From assembly GCA_054661495.1 (NCBI GenBank), contig BAAFSQ010000047.1, forward strand, positions 22,484 through 54,483: DNA of 32,000 nt. The letters run 5' to 3'. The notes below the pieces were generated by a model. That model was given only the letters and a program-made list of their open reading frames with translations, had not been told where the DNA came from and did no database searches. Positions within the stretch are counted from its first letter, which is position 1. Each line of letters starts with the position of its first letter. A program made the translations under genes and the position numbers. The stretch comes from Zygophlyctis sp. KS116 (taxonomy: Eukaryota > Fungi > Chytridiomycota). Below, piece by piece: positions 1-10,299 of this stretch.

Positions 1-419
1 CTATAATTTGGTTCCTCAACTACAGGATTTCCATGAAGAGTCAGGTTCCTTAATTCCTTCAGGTTTGATAATTTGTCTAATTCGGACAAATTATCGATCT
101 TGTTACCATGAAGATATAAGACTCTTAGATTTGGATAAGATTGGATTATTTCATCTAGAGATTTCAACTTATTGAAACTTAGATCAATCCAAAGTACTTG
201 ATCTGAAGGGACAAGTATCCTGCTAAACGTATCTGTTAGTCCTTTTAGATTTGTTAAATGATTGTTTGATAATCGGACGGATGAAGCTGGTAAAGAATCT
301 TTAATGTGAAAGTTTAGTAGATCTGGGATTGTTGTAATCTCATGGAAGCTGAAATCTAATGTCGCAGATGATGCTCCTTTTGTCTGGACGCATTCATCAA
401 TCTTTGGACTATTTATCAT
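1..419 (-). CDS. LRRC51: Leucine-rich repeat protein 51-like (5' part; runs off window)
   Basis: Manual translation from ATG 419: MINSPK...TLDFSFHEI...SVRLSNNHL...VLWIDLSFNKL...NLRVLYLHGNKIDNLSELDKL...LRNLTLHGNPVVEEPNY. These are SDS22-like LRRs in an LRRC51-type arrangement. Not in the ORF track. Confidence 0.8.
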   Translation of the reverse strand, partial: MINSPKIDECVQTKGASSATLDFSFHEITTIPDLLNFHIKDSLPASSVRLSNNHLTNLKGLTDTFSRILVPSDQVLWIDLSFNKLKSLDEIIQSYPNLRVLYLHGNKIDNLSELDKLSNLKELRNLTLHGNPVVEEPNY

Positions 420-912
420 TCAGGAATCAGTTTACGTCAGTCACATCTTTGAACGTATTCATTCAGTTAGGTCATGTCGAAATCTAAATGCACATGATTT
501 TTATCTATTTAGATTTATTTTTCTATTAAAATGGCCAAAAATGACATTGCTTGGCCAAAAAAGACATTTCTGCATCCCTATTTATAAACTGGAACAATTG
601 GAGATGTTCTGCAAGGCTTGGAAATAGTGGTGGAGCATATTTTTCAAAATAGTTGCCAACATCAAGTATTTTGGAACGAATATTAATGTTTTTATCAGTG
701 GGATTGTTGCACTTGCCATTGTAACCTGTATTTTACAGGGAGCGGGATAAGAGACACCTCCATATCCTGTCGCCATTGAATAATTTATAGCGTACAAAAT
801 AACTTTTGTTGGTTTCAACTAAAATAGATTTTACAGGATCAAGATAACTCGTTAAAGGCAGGAGTCAAATGGTTAGCAGAGGAGGTGCACCATGTTTATC
901 AGATTGTCCGAA

Positions 913-1011
913 ATTCCCCCAAAGCGCAATATATTGAACTGGGAAAAAATTAGCCATACTTTAACTGTCGGTAGTAAAAACAATAGAGCCACAAGTAAAA
1001 GATTTAAATAA
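913..1011 (+). promoter_or_regulatory. Candidate uORF (uCC-like) in ODC leader, AUU start (in-frame AUG at 892)
   Basis: gaaATT CCC CCA AAG CGC... encodes IPPKRNILNWEKISHTLTVGSKNNRATSKRFK*. It resembles the AUU-initiated N-terminus of uCC peptides of ODC homologues. Confidence 0.45.
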
Positions 1012-1104
1012 GTACACACCTGACTGATCTTGGTGACGTAATCAACGCCACGATCGATCCACCCTCATTGTTAAAAAAAAGTATCAGTTCTGTCTGATTG
1101 ATTT

Positions 1105-2466
1105 ATGAAAGAGGTTTTACCATTATTCAAACCAGCAGATGAAGAATCTAAAATTCTCTTAAAGCCAATTACTCGAACTGCCTCTTTTTTTACAGAAACA
1201 GAAGCTCCAAATATTGAAATTGCTTCTCCGGTTAATGAAATTTCAGTCAAGGCAATCATAGAAAAACAAATTGCACCGGCTCTGATTGACGGGGATTTAT
1301 CAGCCCAAGATGCATTCTTTGTAGCCGATTTAGGAGAAATTTCAAGACAGCACAATCAATTTAGATCTCTTTTACCTAGAGTTGAGCCATTTTATGCGGT
1401 AAAATGTAATCCTGATAAGAAAGTCATGAAGAGATTGGCTCGGCTAGGCGCAAACTTTGATTGTGCTAGTCAGGCCGAGATTCAAATGGTACTCGATCTT
1501 GGAGTTGATCCTTCCCGAATTATTTATGCTAACCCGTGTAAACAAGCATCTCATTTAAAATTTGCCTATGAAAACAGTGTCACAATGATGACATTTGATA
1601 ATGTGGATGAGCTATTAAAGATTAAACAGTATGCTCCTTCTTCTCAATTGGTGATTCGTCTTCTTCCTGATGATTCAAAGTCTATCTGCAAGTTAGGAGC
1701 AAAGTTTGGAGCTTCTCAAAAGGCTGTTACTGTTCTTTTGGAATCTGCTGCAGCACTTGAAATGAATGTTATTGGTGTTAGTTTTCACGTAGGATCAGGA
1801 TGTTTTGATGCCCAAGCTTATGGAGATGCAGTTGCCTTGGCTGCTAGAGTATTTGAATTAGCAAAAGGATATGGCTTTAACTTTTCATTACTAGATATCG
1901 GAGGAGGATTTCCTGGTCGGAATGCTGCTGGAATTCAATTCTCAGAGATTGCGCAAGTTTTACGGATTGCGCTTGAAAGCCACTTTCCATCATCAAAAGA
2001 AATACGAATCATTGCTGAACCTGGGCGCTACTATGTTTCTTCAGCATTTACTCTTATTACAAATGTTACTTCTAGAAGAACAGTACATTTGGAGAATGAT
2101 GAATCCCTTTACATGTGTATGTTTTTTAATAATGATTTCCTAGACTACATCAATGATGGAATGTATGGATCGTTCAATTGTATAACTTTTGATCATGCCT
2201 CTGTTACACCAATTCCCTGTACTATAGGCGGTACATGGGCATATGGTCAGAACACCGAGCAAATATTGACAAAGTGTTCTATTTGGGGTCCCACTTGTGA
2301 TTCAATTGATTGTATTGGAAAAGATGTTTTACTACCAACTTTATCAGTTGGTGATTTCATCTATTTCAATAACATGGGAGCCTACACATCGTGTGCAGCA
2401 TCTGTTTTCAATGGTTTTAAAAAGACTCAGGTGATATATACTGACACAGAATTGAATGCAAAATAA
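1105..2466 (+). CDS. SPE1: Ornithine decarboxylase (PLP-dependent, group IV)
   Basis: Motifs PFYAVKCN, FDCAS, IIYANPCK, GVSFHVGSG, LLDIGGGFPG, IIAEPGRY, WGPTCDSID, NMGAYT. Removing the 27-nt in-frame intron 2117-2143 restores YMYYINDG. Confidence 0.97.
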   Translation: MKEVLPLFKPADEESKILLKPITRTASFFTETEAPNIEIASPVNEISVKAIIEKQIAPALIDGDLSAQDAFFVADLGEISRQHNQFRSLLPRVEPFYAVKCNPDKKVMKRLARLGANFDCASQAEIQMVLDLGVDPSRIIYANPCKQASHLKFAYENSVTMMTFDNVDELLKIKQYAPSSQLVIRLLPDDSKSICKLGAKFGASQKAVTVLLESAAALEMNVIGVSFHVGSGCFDAQAYGDAVALAARVFELAKGYGFNFSLLDIGGGFPGRNAAGIQFSEIAQVLRIALESHFPSSKEIRIIAEPGRYYVSSAFTLITNVTSRRTVHLENDESLYMCMFFNNDFLDYINDGMYGSFNCITFDHASVTPIPCTIGGTWAYGQNTEQILTKCSIWGPTCDSIDCIGKDVLLPTLSVGDFIYFNNMGAYTSCAASVFNGFKKTQVIYTDTELNAK

Positions 2467-2501
2467 ACGAGTGATTGAATGCAAAATAAACGAGTGATTG
2501 A
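2451..2501 (+). repeat. 23-nt tandem duplication spanning the ODC stop codon
   Basis: attgaatgcaaaataaacgagtg at 2451-2473 and 2474-2496, then a partial attga. Confidence 0.95.
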
Positions 2502-2548
2502 TTCATTGATTAAAACTGAAACTTTGACAATTTGCGCGTATTGAGAAA

Positions 2549-5500
2549 ATGCACGAAAGTGACAATAGTTCATCTTCTGTAAGAGATTCCATCTAACCAG
2601 CCAGGAGTCCAGCTCTCAAGAAACCAAAAAGGAAAAGAATGTTAAGAGAGTAAGTAGGAGTTAGTAACCTTAGAATGCTCGTCTGACTAAAGACGCAGAG
2701 AATTTAAAATTAAAAAAAGTAATTTTTACTGCAGTAAAACTCTAGGCTCAAGATGCTCAAAAACGTTATGCTCATTTACTGGGGCAAACTGATATTTTTG
2801 GTATTGTATCAGAAATTAATCAATTAGCACATTTTATTAACATGAACAATATAAAAGGGTCAAATCTGACTGCACTTAATGCAGCTAAATTAGATCCAAC
2901 CAAGGGGTAAAAATACTTTTGTAAAAGTTAGGTCTAAAAGGCGCCGAAAGACTGAAAAAGAAGAGGATGAAGAATTATTGCAAACAGAAAATGTTGAAGA
3001 GGAAGATACTCCATTGATCACTGAAACTCCTAGCTGTACGTTTCAAGAAGCTAAAAATAGATGTTTCTAATGGGACTATGCGAGATTATCAGATTCAAGG
3101 GTTGAATTGGTTAATAAGTTTATTCGAAAATGGAATAAATGGGATTTTAGCAGATGAAATGGTATCTTTTAGGAATTGAAAAATAGGGTCTTGGGAAGAC
3201 GTTACAGTCTATTTCGTTTTTAGGATATTTAAAACATTTCAAAGATATGAATGGACCTCATTTAATCATTGTGCCAAAATCTACACTCCATAATTGGTGT
3301 AATGAATTTAAGAGATGGGTTCCTTCTCTAAACACCTTTATGTTTCATGGAAATAAAGAAGCAAGGGTATTTTTGAATCTTTTAAAAGATTAGAGTGTAT
3401 TGGTTCAAGAGAAGCTATCGACTGGGGATTTTGAAGTTTGTGTTACCTCTTATGAAATGTGTTTATTGGAAAAAACAGCTTTAAAGAGAATTTCATGGCA
3501 ATATATAATGATTGATGAGGCACATCGTATAAAGAATGAAAATTCTTCCTTGTCGCAGATTGTTAGGACGTTTGAATGCCGAAATAGACTTTTGATAACA
3601 GGGACGCCCTTACAGAATAATCTTCACGAGTTATGGGCATTGCTTAATTTCCTTTTGCCTGATGTTTTTAGTTCTCATGAAGATTTTGAACGTTGGTTTA
3701 ATGAAGAGCAGGATGGAGAGGAAGGAAAAGTTGTTGAACAATTACATAAAGTATGATTTTTCAGGTTAATATAATAGGTCCTTCGTCCTTTTTTGTTGCG
3801 TAGAATCAAAGCTGATGTGGAAAAATCACTTCTCCCAAAGAAAAGAATAAATCTATACGTTGGATTAAGTGCTATGCAGCGTAAATGGTACCAGAAACTG
3901 TTGGAAAAAGATATTGATGCAGTCAATGGGGCTATTGGAGGTAAAAAGGAAAGCAAGACTAGATTGCAAAATATAGTTATGCAACTCCGAAAATGCTGCA
4001 ATCATCCGTATCTCTTTGATGGAGCGGAACCAGGGCCGCCATATACGACAGATGAACATTTAGTAGATAATGCCGGAAAGATGGTCATCTTGGATAAGCT
4101 TTTGATAAGGTTAAGAGCACAAGATTCTCGTGTTCTTTTATTCAGTCAAATGTCTCGTATGTTAGATATTTTGGAAGATTATTGCGTTTTTAGGGGTTAT
4201 GATTATTGCAGAATAGATGGAAGTACAGCGCACGAAGACAGAGTTGCTAATATTGATAATTTTAATTCTCCTGACAGCAAGAAGTTTATTTTTCTTCTAA
4301 CAACTCGTGCTGGTGGTTTAGGAATCAATTTAGCCACGGCCGATACTGTAGTAATGTACGATAATGACTGGAATCCACAAGTTGATCTTCAAGCTGAAGA
4401 TCGAGCTCATCGAATTGGACAGAAAAAGCAAGTGGTTATTTTTCGATTTATAACAGAAAATGCGATTGAAGAAAAAGTTATTGATCGAGCATCCCAAAAG
4501 TTACAGTTGGATAAGCTTGTTATACAGCAGGGCCGCTCTAATAGCCATTCTGCGAAAGCTGCCGGTAAAGATGACCTCGTTTCTATGATTCAATACGGAG
4601 CAGAAAATATATTCAAATCTGCTGATAGCACTATATCTAACGATGATATAGAAGAGATTTTGAGAAAATCCGAGCAAAAGACCGTAGAACTTGAAAGTAA
4701 GTATAAGTCTATGGGTTTCGAGGACCTGCAAAAATTGACGGTATCGGATGGATCAGGCTATTCTGCTTACAATTGGGAAGGGGATGATTTTAGAGTAGGT
4801 TAATATCTTTTGACATGATTAGAAAAAATCAGGAATTGGAATGAATTGGATTGGGCCTTCGAAACGAGAGCGAAAAGGTATGATTTAAAATAAACTTAAT
4901 GTAAAAGAAAATGGGTACGGACTTCAAGGTGGCGTCTCGAGAGCGTCCAAAGAAAAAGTTCCTAGGCTACCCAAATATGTAAATACGTAAGATATAATTG
5001 TTTTGAATCTTTAGCCAAGATTTCCAATTCTGGTCTCCGAGGTTCATTGATTTGCAGGAAAGAGAAAAATATGCACATTGGGTATTTTGATTAGTATTTA
5101 ACGATACAGAAAGAAGTTGGGTATCGCCCTGCAAGATTAGATGATAGTCTTGATGAGGAGGAAGAAACGGAGATCCAGGTAGAAAATGAAAAAATTGATA
5201 ATGGTAAGTTTCCGACAAATTCTAAATTTAGCAATTCCATTAACTGATGCAGAAATGCAAGAGAAAGAAGTTCTTTCAAGTAGTGGCTTTTCTTCATGGA
5301 CTAAGCGTGACTTTGTATCATTCTGTAAAGCTTGTGAAAAATATGGTCGAGAAAGTATAGATTCAATAGCCTCGGAGATTGAAGGAAAAACGTTAGATGA
5401 GGTGAAAGCTTACTCTGCAGTATTTTGGGAAAGATATCGTGAAATCAATGGTAATTTTTTTTACCTGAAGTTTAGAATATGAAAAAATTATTTCCAGTAT

Positions 5501-5963
5501 TGAAAAGGGCGAAGTCAAGCTGAGGCGTGTTCAAGATGTACAAGAGATTCTAACTTCAAAAATATCAAAGCTTAGGTTACCGCTACAGCAGCTAAAAATA
5601 CCTTACAATCAGAGTAAAGGAAAGAATTTTACTGAGGAGGAAGATAGATTTTTGGTAATTAATCTATAAAGTAATTTTCAGCTCGTCATGCTTGAAAAGT
5701 TTGGATATGGTAGTGAAGATGTTTATGAAAAAATTCGATACGAAATCCGTCGTGCTCCACTTTTCCGCTTCGATTGGTTTATAAAATCCAGAACGACTGT
5801 GGTAATAATCTTAGACTATTTTCTAACTAATTAGGAAATAATGCGTCGCTGTGGAACTCTTATAACCATGATCTCCAAGGAACCTATCGATGCGGATGCT
5901 GAGGACCGTAAAAGAAAAAAGGATGAGTCAGCTACCAATGGGATGAAAAAAGTAAAGAAATAA
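2549..5963 (+). CDS. ISW2: ISWI-family SNF2 chromatin-remodelling ATPase (about 17 introns)
   Basis: Spliced translation gives [19 protein letters not shown]|[48 protein letters not shown] and [11 protein letters not shown], then HAND-SANT-SLIDE ([26 protein letters not shown]). ISW1 versus ISW2 orthology is not resolvable. Confidence 0.95.
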
Positions 5964-5973
5964 AATATATTAT

Positions 5974-6885
5974 CTAGGAGAGATTAGAAGCTTCCATTTG
6001 AGCCTGAGCAGCAATAGATTTCTGTATTTCTACTCTTGCTAAATCTGTCTGTTTATAATCCAGAGAGGCATCATACGCATAATTAATAATTGCCTCATCA
6101 ATCAGCACAGAATTTTGGCTTAATGCATTAATGCAAACATATACTCTTGCAATTTTCTCTCTTGTCTCTTTATCAATATCTTCATTTTGATCTGAATAAA
6201 GTGTATCAGGATCATCAATCATTTCTTGAGTCATTGATATATGTTTACTAATCCAAATATATCCATTTAGTCCAAGAATTACATCTACACCTATTGGCAA
6301 GGAAAGAAAATGTGACTTTGATCTTTTAATTAGTGAACATGGAACAATAATAAGACATCCATTTCTAAGTTTTCCATATTTAAAATTTCTTGTATGTATT
6401 GATGGAGCTCCATCAGCAAATAATGCCTGAATTTCAGCACTTACTAGATCCCCAACATCAAAAAATGATTTCATGGCAGCTTCATCCGACTCAGACTTCC
6501 TCCTTTGAATTCCACCAGGCAAATTAACAGATGATAAAAGAAGAATACCATCATTGGTCGCATGCAAATCAACTTTCCATCTTTTACTTCCCAGTTCAGT
6601 GATCCTACCGACAACAACATCTCCGATTTCACCAGAATATCTAGCCTTTGTAGGCTTTACTGACATTAGCTTATTAACTCTAGTTAGTTTTCCAGCAACT
6701 GAAGATATCAACTGATCGCCGTCTAAAAAAGTACCATGCCCTCTTTCATCAAAAATGACTATTTACCTCATGAATGCAGTGTCCTGAGTAATGATCTGAC
6801 CAGGCGTTGCAATTGAATTATCAACCACTTGCCGGACCTCTTCTCTAGGAGCAAAAAAAGATGATTGGAAAGAGTCAAAATGCAT
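5974..6885 (-). CDS. RRP4: Exosome cap subunit Rrp4 (EXOSC2)
   Basis: ATPGQII...FMR|GHGT across one 24-nt intron, S1 domain RYSGEIGDVVVGRI, LPGGIQRRK, KH-like ILGLNGYIWI. Confidence 0.95.
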
Positions 6886-6941
6886 TTGTGCAAGGGTCGA
6901 GAGTTGCTATCGGGAGATTTTTAGCCGGCGGAAACTTTCAA

Positions 6942-8749
6942 ATGATGCGATTGAAGCCGATTAGACAAATTAGATGGCAAAGATTCTTTTCAGATCATAG
7001 AGTAGTCAAGAGCAGATATCCAAACGAATGGAAAAATCAAATGTGGATTTTAGGCTCGGCGCTTATTTGGATTCCTGTTGTATTTTAATTATTGTGCTAA
7101 TTCAAGGTTTGGTCATTGACTAAAAATCGAGTGTCAGAGACAACTTCTGAACCAAGAGATACTCATTATCCTCACGCCGCTAATGCGGATAATGAGGAGC
7201 CATCAGACAAAGATCAGCAATCGCCTGCAAATGATGATCAGTCCGATGCTGTAAGTGATGGTAAATTTAAAAGCGGAATGGAAATTTCTGGAGAAATACC
7301 TTTTGTCAAGTATGTTTTAATTGGAGGAGGTATGGCTTCCTATTATGCAATGAAGACTATAAAGAAAATGGAAAATGATGCTCAGATTTTAATGATTGGG
7401 CAAGAGTCAAGTGTTCCTTATTCTAGACCTCCATTATCAAAAGAGTTGTGGGACTCTTCTTATGACGAGCTTGAAAACTGGACGTTTAAAGATTATAACG
7501 GAGATAGGAAAACTGTTTTTTATGATACAAAGACTTTTATCACTGTAAATCAAGCTCTTGAATTTCCAAATACGGATAAAGTTTACTTTTTGAATGGATC
7601 AGTGTCTTCTATTGATACTGCAGAGGAATCAGTTATTTTAAGTAATGGTGCAAAAGTTAAGTATGGGAAATTATTGATTGCTACTGGAGGATCGCCTAAA
7701 ATACTTCCGATTGTCAAAGAATTACCAAAAGAAACTCAGAGTCGTGTGATGACATTTAGAGGCGTAAATCTTGTATAATTTTAAAAATCATAGCTTGAAG
7801 ATTTCAAAAAGTTGTATCAACTGCAGGATGCAGGTAATAAGACTATTGCTATAGTCGGAGGCGGATTTTTGGGTAGTGAACTAGCTGTTGCATTGGCTAA
7901 AAAAGGTATTCAATTAGAATTAACAGCAGCAAAAACTAATGGAAATAAGATTATTCAGGTTTTTCCGGAAGATGGTAATATGGCTCTTGTATTTCCTAGT
8001 AATACCTTTTATCACTCACTTTAGAATATTTAACCAAGTGGACCACAGAAAGGATTAGAGAGGAAGGTGTTGTTATTAAACCAGGGATCAATATAAGATC
8101 AATGGCTGGAGTAGATGATAAAGTTGTATTGAATTTTAAGAATGGGGAAAGCTTAAAAGCTGATTATGTATTGATGGCAGTAGGATTAGCTCCAAATACA
8201 GATTTTGCTAGAAAGTCTGGGCTTGGTATTTCCTTATTTTAATTAATGATAAAAGAACTGGATGAAAAAAGAGGGGGGGTGATTGTTAATGCAGAATTAG
8301 AAGCACGTAGGAATATTTTTGGCGCTGGTGATTGTATATCATATCATGATATTGCTTTAGGCCGGCGTAGAGTAGAGCATTATGATCATGCAGCAAATAG
8401 TGGAATAATTGCTGGACTCAATATGACTGGGGCTAGAACTCCTTATACTCATCAAAGTATGTTTTGGTCTGATTTAGGCCCATCAATTGCATTTGAGGCA
8501 GTCGGAGTAATTGATTCTCAACTACGTACTGTGGGAATATGGGACAAGGATAAAAACCACCCACGTACTCAAGAAGAAGGCGATATTTATCATAAAGGAA
8601 TGGTTTATTACCTGGACAAGGACAATAAATTAGTTGGTGTGTTACTATTCAATAATTTTGGTAAATTAGAAGAAGCAAAAGCACTCTTAAAAAGTGGGGC
8701 CACCTATTCTGTTGCATCTAGTCTATCTTCGGTGATTTCATTAGCTTAA
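6942..8749 (+). CDS. AIFM1: Apoptosis-inducing factor 1-like mitochondrial FAD oxidoreductase (5 introns)
   Basis: Arg-rich presequence, short hydrophobic segment, YVLIGGG, PYSRPPLSKELW, LLIATGG, IVGGGFLGSELA, GRRRVEHYDHA, PYTHQSMFWSDLGP. Confidence 0.92.
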
Positions 8750-9568
8750 TAAACTATTATTTGGCTTTCTAAACTTTCCTTGCATCCATACCCGATACAT
8801 TTTTAGCATTTTTTTCCTGTTTACTAGTAATCTATTATCTGCATGATTTTGTAAAATCTCAAACTTTTCAAACATTTTTTCCAACTCTTGATTTGTAAAG
8901 AAATATACTCTAGTCCCATCTCCTCTAACATAAAAGTTTTCATCTAACCATCTTTGACTTTTAAATCTTAATTGAGTAAGATCATATCTCCCATAATCCC
9001 TAAAAAGCAAAATTCCACCTGGTTTTAATAGACTATAAATATTTTCTACAACTTTATCCCAAGAATTGGGATGAAGTGCAGATAAAACAAAAACACATAA
9101 TATGATATCCATAGACTCCTTTTCCACATTGGAAGGAATTTCTGTAGTTATATCCCAAGTAAAAACATTTAATCTAGAATTTGAGAATTCAGAGTCATTT
9201 TTAATCAATTGTATGGCTTCATCAGAGTAATCCACACCTGTTATAAAATGATTAGTATTATTTAGCAAAGGTTTTATAGAATTTCCCACTCCACAACCAA
9301 ATTCCATAACATTTTTCTGATCAGAATCAAATAATTCCTTAAATTCCAGAGTTAACCATTTCCTATCTTTAAAAAAAGCCTGACCATTCTTTCTGTAGAA
9401 TGAGTTCCAGAATTCCTGTGGTTGAGAATGAAATTCCTGATTTTCTTCAACTTTGCTAGACTTTTGTAGATTAATAATATCCAATATTTGACTTTCCTTG
9501 AGTTCCAATTCCACATTATCCCATGCATTTTCAGAGTAAACATCTGCTTCTCTCAAGACTCTAGACAT
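8741..9568 (-). CDS. TRM140: tRNA m3C methyltransferase, METTL2/Trm140 family (intronless)
   Basis: NAWDNVE, FFKDRKWL..EF, EFGCGVGN, FRDYGRYDLTQLRF, YVRGDGTRVYFF. Confidence 0.92.
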   Translation of the reverse strand: MSRVLREADVYSENAWDNVELELKESQILDIINLQKSSKVEENQEFHSQPQEFWNSFYRKNGQAFFKDRKWLTLEFKELFDSDQKNVMEFGCGVGNSIKPLLNNTNHFITGVDYSDEAIQLIKNDSEFSNSRLNVFTWDITTEIPSNVEKESMDIILCVFVLSALHPNSWDKVVENIYSLLKPGGILLFRDYGRYDLTQLRFKSQRWLDENFYVRGDGTRVYFFTNQELEKMFEKFEILQNHADNRLLVNRKKMLKMYRVWMQGKFRKPNNSLLS

Positions 9569-9578
9569 TTTTTACTCA

Positions 9579-10200
9579 ATGCAAGAGAATTCTCAATGGG
9601 ACTTTATAGATTTTCCATCTGAAACATCCAAATATACTCATTATCTCTCTCAAGAGTATAATCCTCTCAAACCTCTAGATTATAATACAGTTGTACAATT
9701 GATAAAGGAATTTAAGAGATCTCAATATAGACAAAATACTCAAGAGTTGGGAGAGAATATAGAGGCTGTATCTTCTAAAGCAAGAATATTATTGGAGGAA
9801 GATGCAGATCAAATGCATGCTAGAAGAGGAGGTGGAGTTGTAGTACAAGAAGAAAAGGAAAAAGTTGGAGTTTCTAGAGTTTTATTATTTTACAGAATAG
9901 AAAATTCTAAAATGGAAGAATGGGAAATCAAGGCTGAAATTCTTAAATTAGTTGAACCTTTTGGAAAGATTTTAGAAATTATGTTGGATAGAGTTCCAGA
10001 TTGGATTGGATTATCACCAGAGGATAATTTACGTGGATATGTAAAGTTTAAAGATTTGGGTTCTAGTGGAAAAGGTATTCTCAAGAACTTAAATTTAAAA
10101 AATAGCTTATTCAAGTCTTTTAGGATCTAAAATGAATCATGAACCTTTTGTATTAGAGTATTTTGATGAAGCTAGTTTTGATGAACGGGATTTATACTAG
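9579..10200 (+). CDS. SPF45/RBM17-like splicing factor (reduced)
   Basis: EYNPLKPLDY resembles the SF45 motif (EYDPxxPNDY). A C-terminal UHM-like RRM is completed by a 31-nt intron starting at about 10075, ending ...FVLEYFDEASFDERDLY*. Confidence 0.6.
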
Positions 10201-10299
10201 ATTACACTAGCTACTTATAATATTTATGAGTTGAAAGAGTTTAAGATCAGATTCAAGGTCTAGAGTTTGAAAACCTAGCCAGAGACTTGAGACTAAAAA

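Noticed and set aside
845-867. Minus-strand stem-loop with loop ctgcctttaac resembling U5 snRNA loop I
   Set aside because: It mismatches the invariant GCCUUUUAC and is out of register, with no convincing extended stem or Sm site.
2549-5963. Fragmented ORFs suggesting pseudogenes, frameshifting or an alternative genetic code
   Set aside because: Every break is repaired by a short GT-AG intron, and TAA, TAG and TGA are all used as true stops.
6861-6941. Upstream ATG at 6861 as the AIF start
   Set aside because: It overlaps the RRP4 CDS on the other strand, and the Met at 6942 begins a typical mitochondrial presequence.
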